Shown here: piece by piece, positions 61,967-64,000 of the stretch | Position numbering within the stretch: the stretch's first letter is position 1 | Layout: every line of letters begins with the position of its first letter | Source: Eukaryota sp. TZLM1-RC | Lineage: Eukaryota; Protista; Metamonada: BaSk clade | NCBI GenBank assembly: GCA_040285825.1 | Contig: JAUPSS010000007.1 | Coordinates: 334,501 to 398,500, forward strand | DNA: 64,000 bases | Direction: 5' to 3' | Position numbers and translations under genes: made by a program | The notes under the pieces: model-generated | The model's database searches: none | What the model was told of the DNA's origin: nothing | What the model saw: only the letters and a program-made list of their open reading frames with translations

Positions 61967-62382
61967 CGTGGATTGAGTTGCCGGGAAAATGAATGCAAAT
62001 TTGATCTCTCAAACCGTTTGAGTCAAACGTCATCAATTTTAATTTTAATACGGTGCTTTCTGCGTAAGTCAGCAGCAATTGTTACTTCTACGAAAGTAAT
62101 ATACAATCGCAATACAGAGACGCTTGATGGAATATTTCAAATCTGTTGCTGACAGCTATAAGTTATAGTGTATAACTAAGGTTAATACAAAGCTAGAATG
62201 ATCATAGCCAATTTGGGACTGCTGGTTGTTTTGAGTGTCTGTCCATGGACAATCCTGTACAATCTTGAATTGATTTGATTGAGTTTAAAAATCATCATTT
62301 TCTCATCTTCCAGTAACGACCTCACACTACCTACCTTCTACACAAGAAGTCACCACTTTACTACCCAACCACTTCCTGTTCA

Positions 62383-63381
62383 ATGCCTCTTTTTGGTAAA
62401 CGCAAATCTGTAGCAGATTACATCAAGAGACTCAGCGAGGCACTCTCGAACATTCCGAACATTAGTGACGAAACTGCTCTTCGCACAATTCACCATGAAA
62501 TAAACAAATGTTCACATAACCTCCGTGACATGCTCTACCACGCCGAGGACACTGCCGCTACTGACAATGAAGCTGTGACCGAATTCATTAAACACAATCT
62601 CGTTAGACTCATACTTTCAACATTCACTTCACTGGAGTTTGAAGCTCGTAAAGACATCATTTCTGTCCTCTCACACTTACTTTGCGACACTCTCTTTGTC
62701 AATCATCTGCTCTCTCTGCCCGACGCGTTCTCATCCATCATGACCCTTTATACCAACCCCAGCCTCACAATCCATACAGGTACTTTTATCAGGGAGGGGG
62801 TTGTCAAATCAAGTGCCATTTGCAATCATTTTCTAACAATGGACACTATGAATTTGTTATTTGGCTTTGTCAATGTGGAATCTTTTGATATCTCCTCTGA
62901 CGCTTTTTCTACTCTTAATACTCTTCTTACTTCACACAAAGATATTACTGCTGATTTTATTAATGCTAATTATACTGATTTTTTTAAAGGATTTGAAGGG
63001 TTGATTTTGTCAGAAAATTACGTCATTCGACGTTCATCTTTGAGATTGCTGGCTGAAATTCTACTCGAAAGGTCTTGTTTTGAGATAATGACAAGATTCA
63101 TTAGTGAAATGCATAATTTGAAAGTTGTTATGAATTTGTTGTTGACAAAAAGTCGACACATTCAGTACGAGGCTTTTCATGTTTTCAAGATATTTGTGGC
63201 TAATCCTAATAAGACTAGTGCCATTGAAAATGTTTTGTGTAGAAATTCACAGAAGTTAGTTTTGTTTTTGGAGAAATTTCATTGTGATGGGGATGATCAG
63301 CTTGAAGAGGAGGTTAGTTTGTTGATTAAAGAAATTCAAATGATTGGGGGTACTTGCGAGGAAGAGCAAGATAGTAATTAA
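62383..63381 (+). CDS. MO25: MO25/CAB39 family scaffold protein
   Basis: LEFEARKD, FDISSDAFST, NYVIRRSSLRLLAEILL, IQYEAFHVFKIFVANPNK. Confidence 0.97.
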   Translation: MPLFGKRKSVADYIKRLSEALSNIPNISDETALRTIHHEINKCSHNLRDMLYHAEDTAATDNEAVTEFIKHNLVRLILSTFTSLEFEARKDIISVLSHLLCDTLFVNHLLSLPDAFSSIMTLYTNPSLTIHTGTFIREGVVKSSAICNHFLTMDTMNLLFGFVNVESFDISSDAFSTLNTLLTSHKDITADFINANYTDFFKGFEGLILSENYVIRRSSLRLLAEILLERSCFEIMTRFISEMHNLKVVMNLLLTKSRHIQYEAFHVFKIFVANPNKTSAIENVLCRNSQKLVLFLEKFHCDGDDQLEEEVSLLIKEIQMIGGTCEEEQDSN

Positions 63382-63811
63382 TTTTAGATTCAAATTATGT
63401 AGTTTTTGAGCTATAAAGTAATTTTTCTGTTAATTTTCTGTTTATTTTGTTTATAATTTGAGTTTTTATGATATTATTTCTATTTCTAAACTTAAATGAT
63501 GATGATGAACTTCAAAAAACTGTATTTGTTGGATTGTTCAATTGAACAATCCAAATTGAAATTGCTTGCACCCCCTGATGTGGCTAAAGAGCATTTAACA
63601 TTAAAATTGAAAAGCTAAAAAATAAAAAAGTAAATCACAAAAGTAATCAAGAGAATTTAGCTTTGAGTACCTAATTTGCACTTGTGTTTGCTGATTAATT
63701 GATTTTGTCTTAAGTTAAGACTCTTAACCATTGAATTTTCCCAAGCTTAATTCCAGAAAAATGAGTGTTTTATTGACAAATAGGTGTAAAAAAAGCTTGA
63801 AAATCCTGAAA

Positions 63812-63970
63812 TTACGCATTTTGATAAGACATAATCTTGTCAATCCTACCCTGATGTCTACCTCCCTCAAATTCAGTGGTCAAAAACTTCTCCACTATAT
63901 CAGAAGCTACATCAGGAGGAGTGGTACGTGCACCCATGGCAACAATATTGGCGTTATTGTGGAGTCGAGC
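63812..63970 (-). CDS. rpiB: Ribose-5-phosphate isomerase B, last exon (gene continues beyond the window)
   Basis: ARLHNNANIVAMGAR...FLTTEFEGGRHQGRIDKI*; not in the supplied ORF track. Confidence 0.93.
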   Translation of the reverse strand, partial: ARLHNNANIVAMGARTTPPDVASDIVEKFLTTEFEGGRHQGRIDKIMSYQNA

Positions 63971-64000
63971 ATAGGATTAGATAAGCAGAGAAACATACCA

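Overview
AT-rich eukaryotic DNA read in the standard code, with tiny 27-28 nt introns. An anaerobic/metamonad-like protist is plausible but is inference only. About 60 kb is a nested graveyard of transposons: many 5'-truncated CRE-clade (RT + restriction-like endonuclease) non-LTR retroelements, Ty3/gypsy remnants with short LTRs, a full-length hAT with 8-bp TSD, a full-length MULE with 9-bp TSD, Tc1/IS630 and pogo fragments, and two unclassified repeat families. Host-like genes are a kinase/coiled-coil gene, MO25/CAB39, an intron-containing orphan gene, the 3' exon of RpiB (missed by the ORF track), a SET-domain pseudogene and tandemly amplified TVP23 5' fragments. The most notable item is a decayed Fanzor1 (eukaryotic TnpB/OMEGA RNA-guided nuclease) at ~35.2-37.0 kb. 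It keeps all three RuvC acidic motifs, has an enlarged Zn-finger insert and a C-terminal zinc-knuckle tail, and its apparent right end abuts the SET gene (the putative guide). Other leads are a 3-copy element with 28-bp internal inverted repeats and a conserved orphan ORF, a 1.7-kb orphan (possibly viral) coding relic, an apparent GT-AT micro-intron, and a palindromic non-tRNA primer-site candidate shared by two LTR families. Coordinates of decayed fragments are approximate; TIR, TSD and intron coordinates were read directly.
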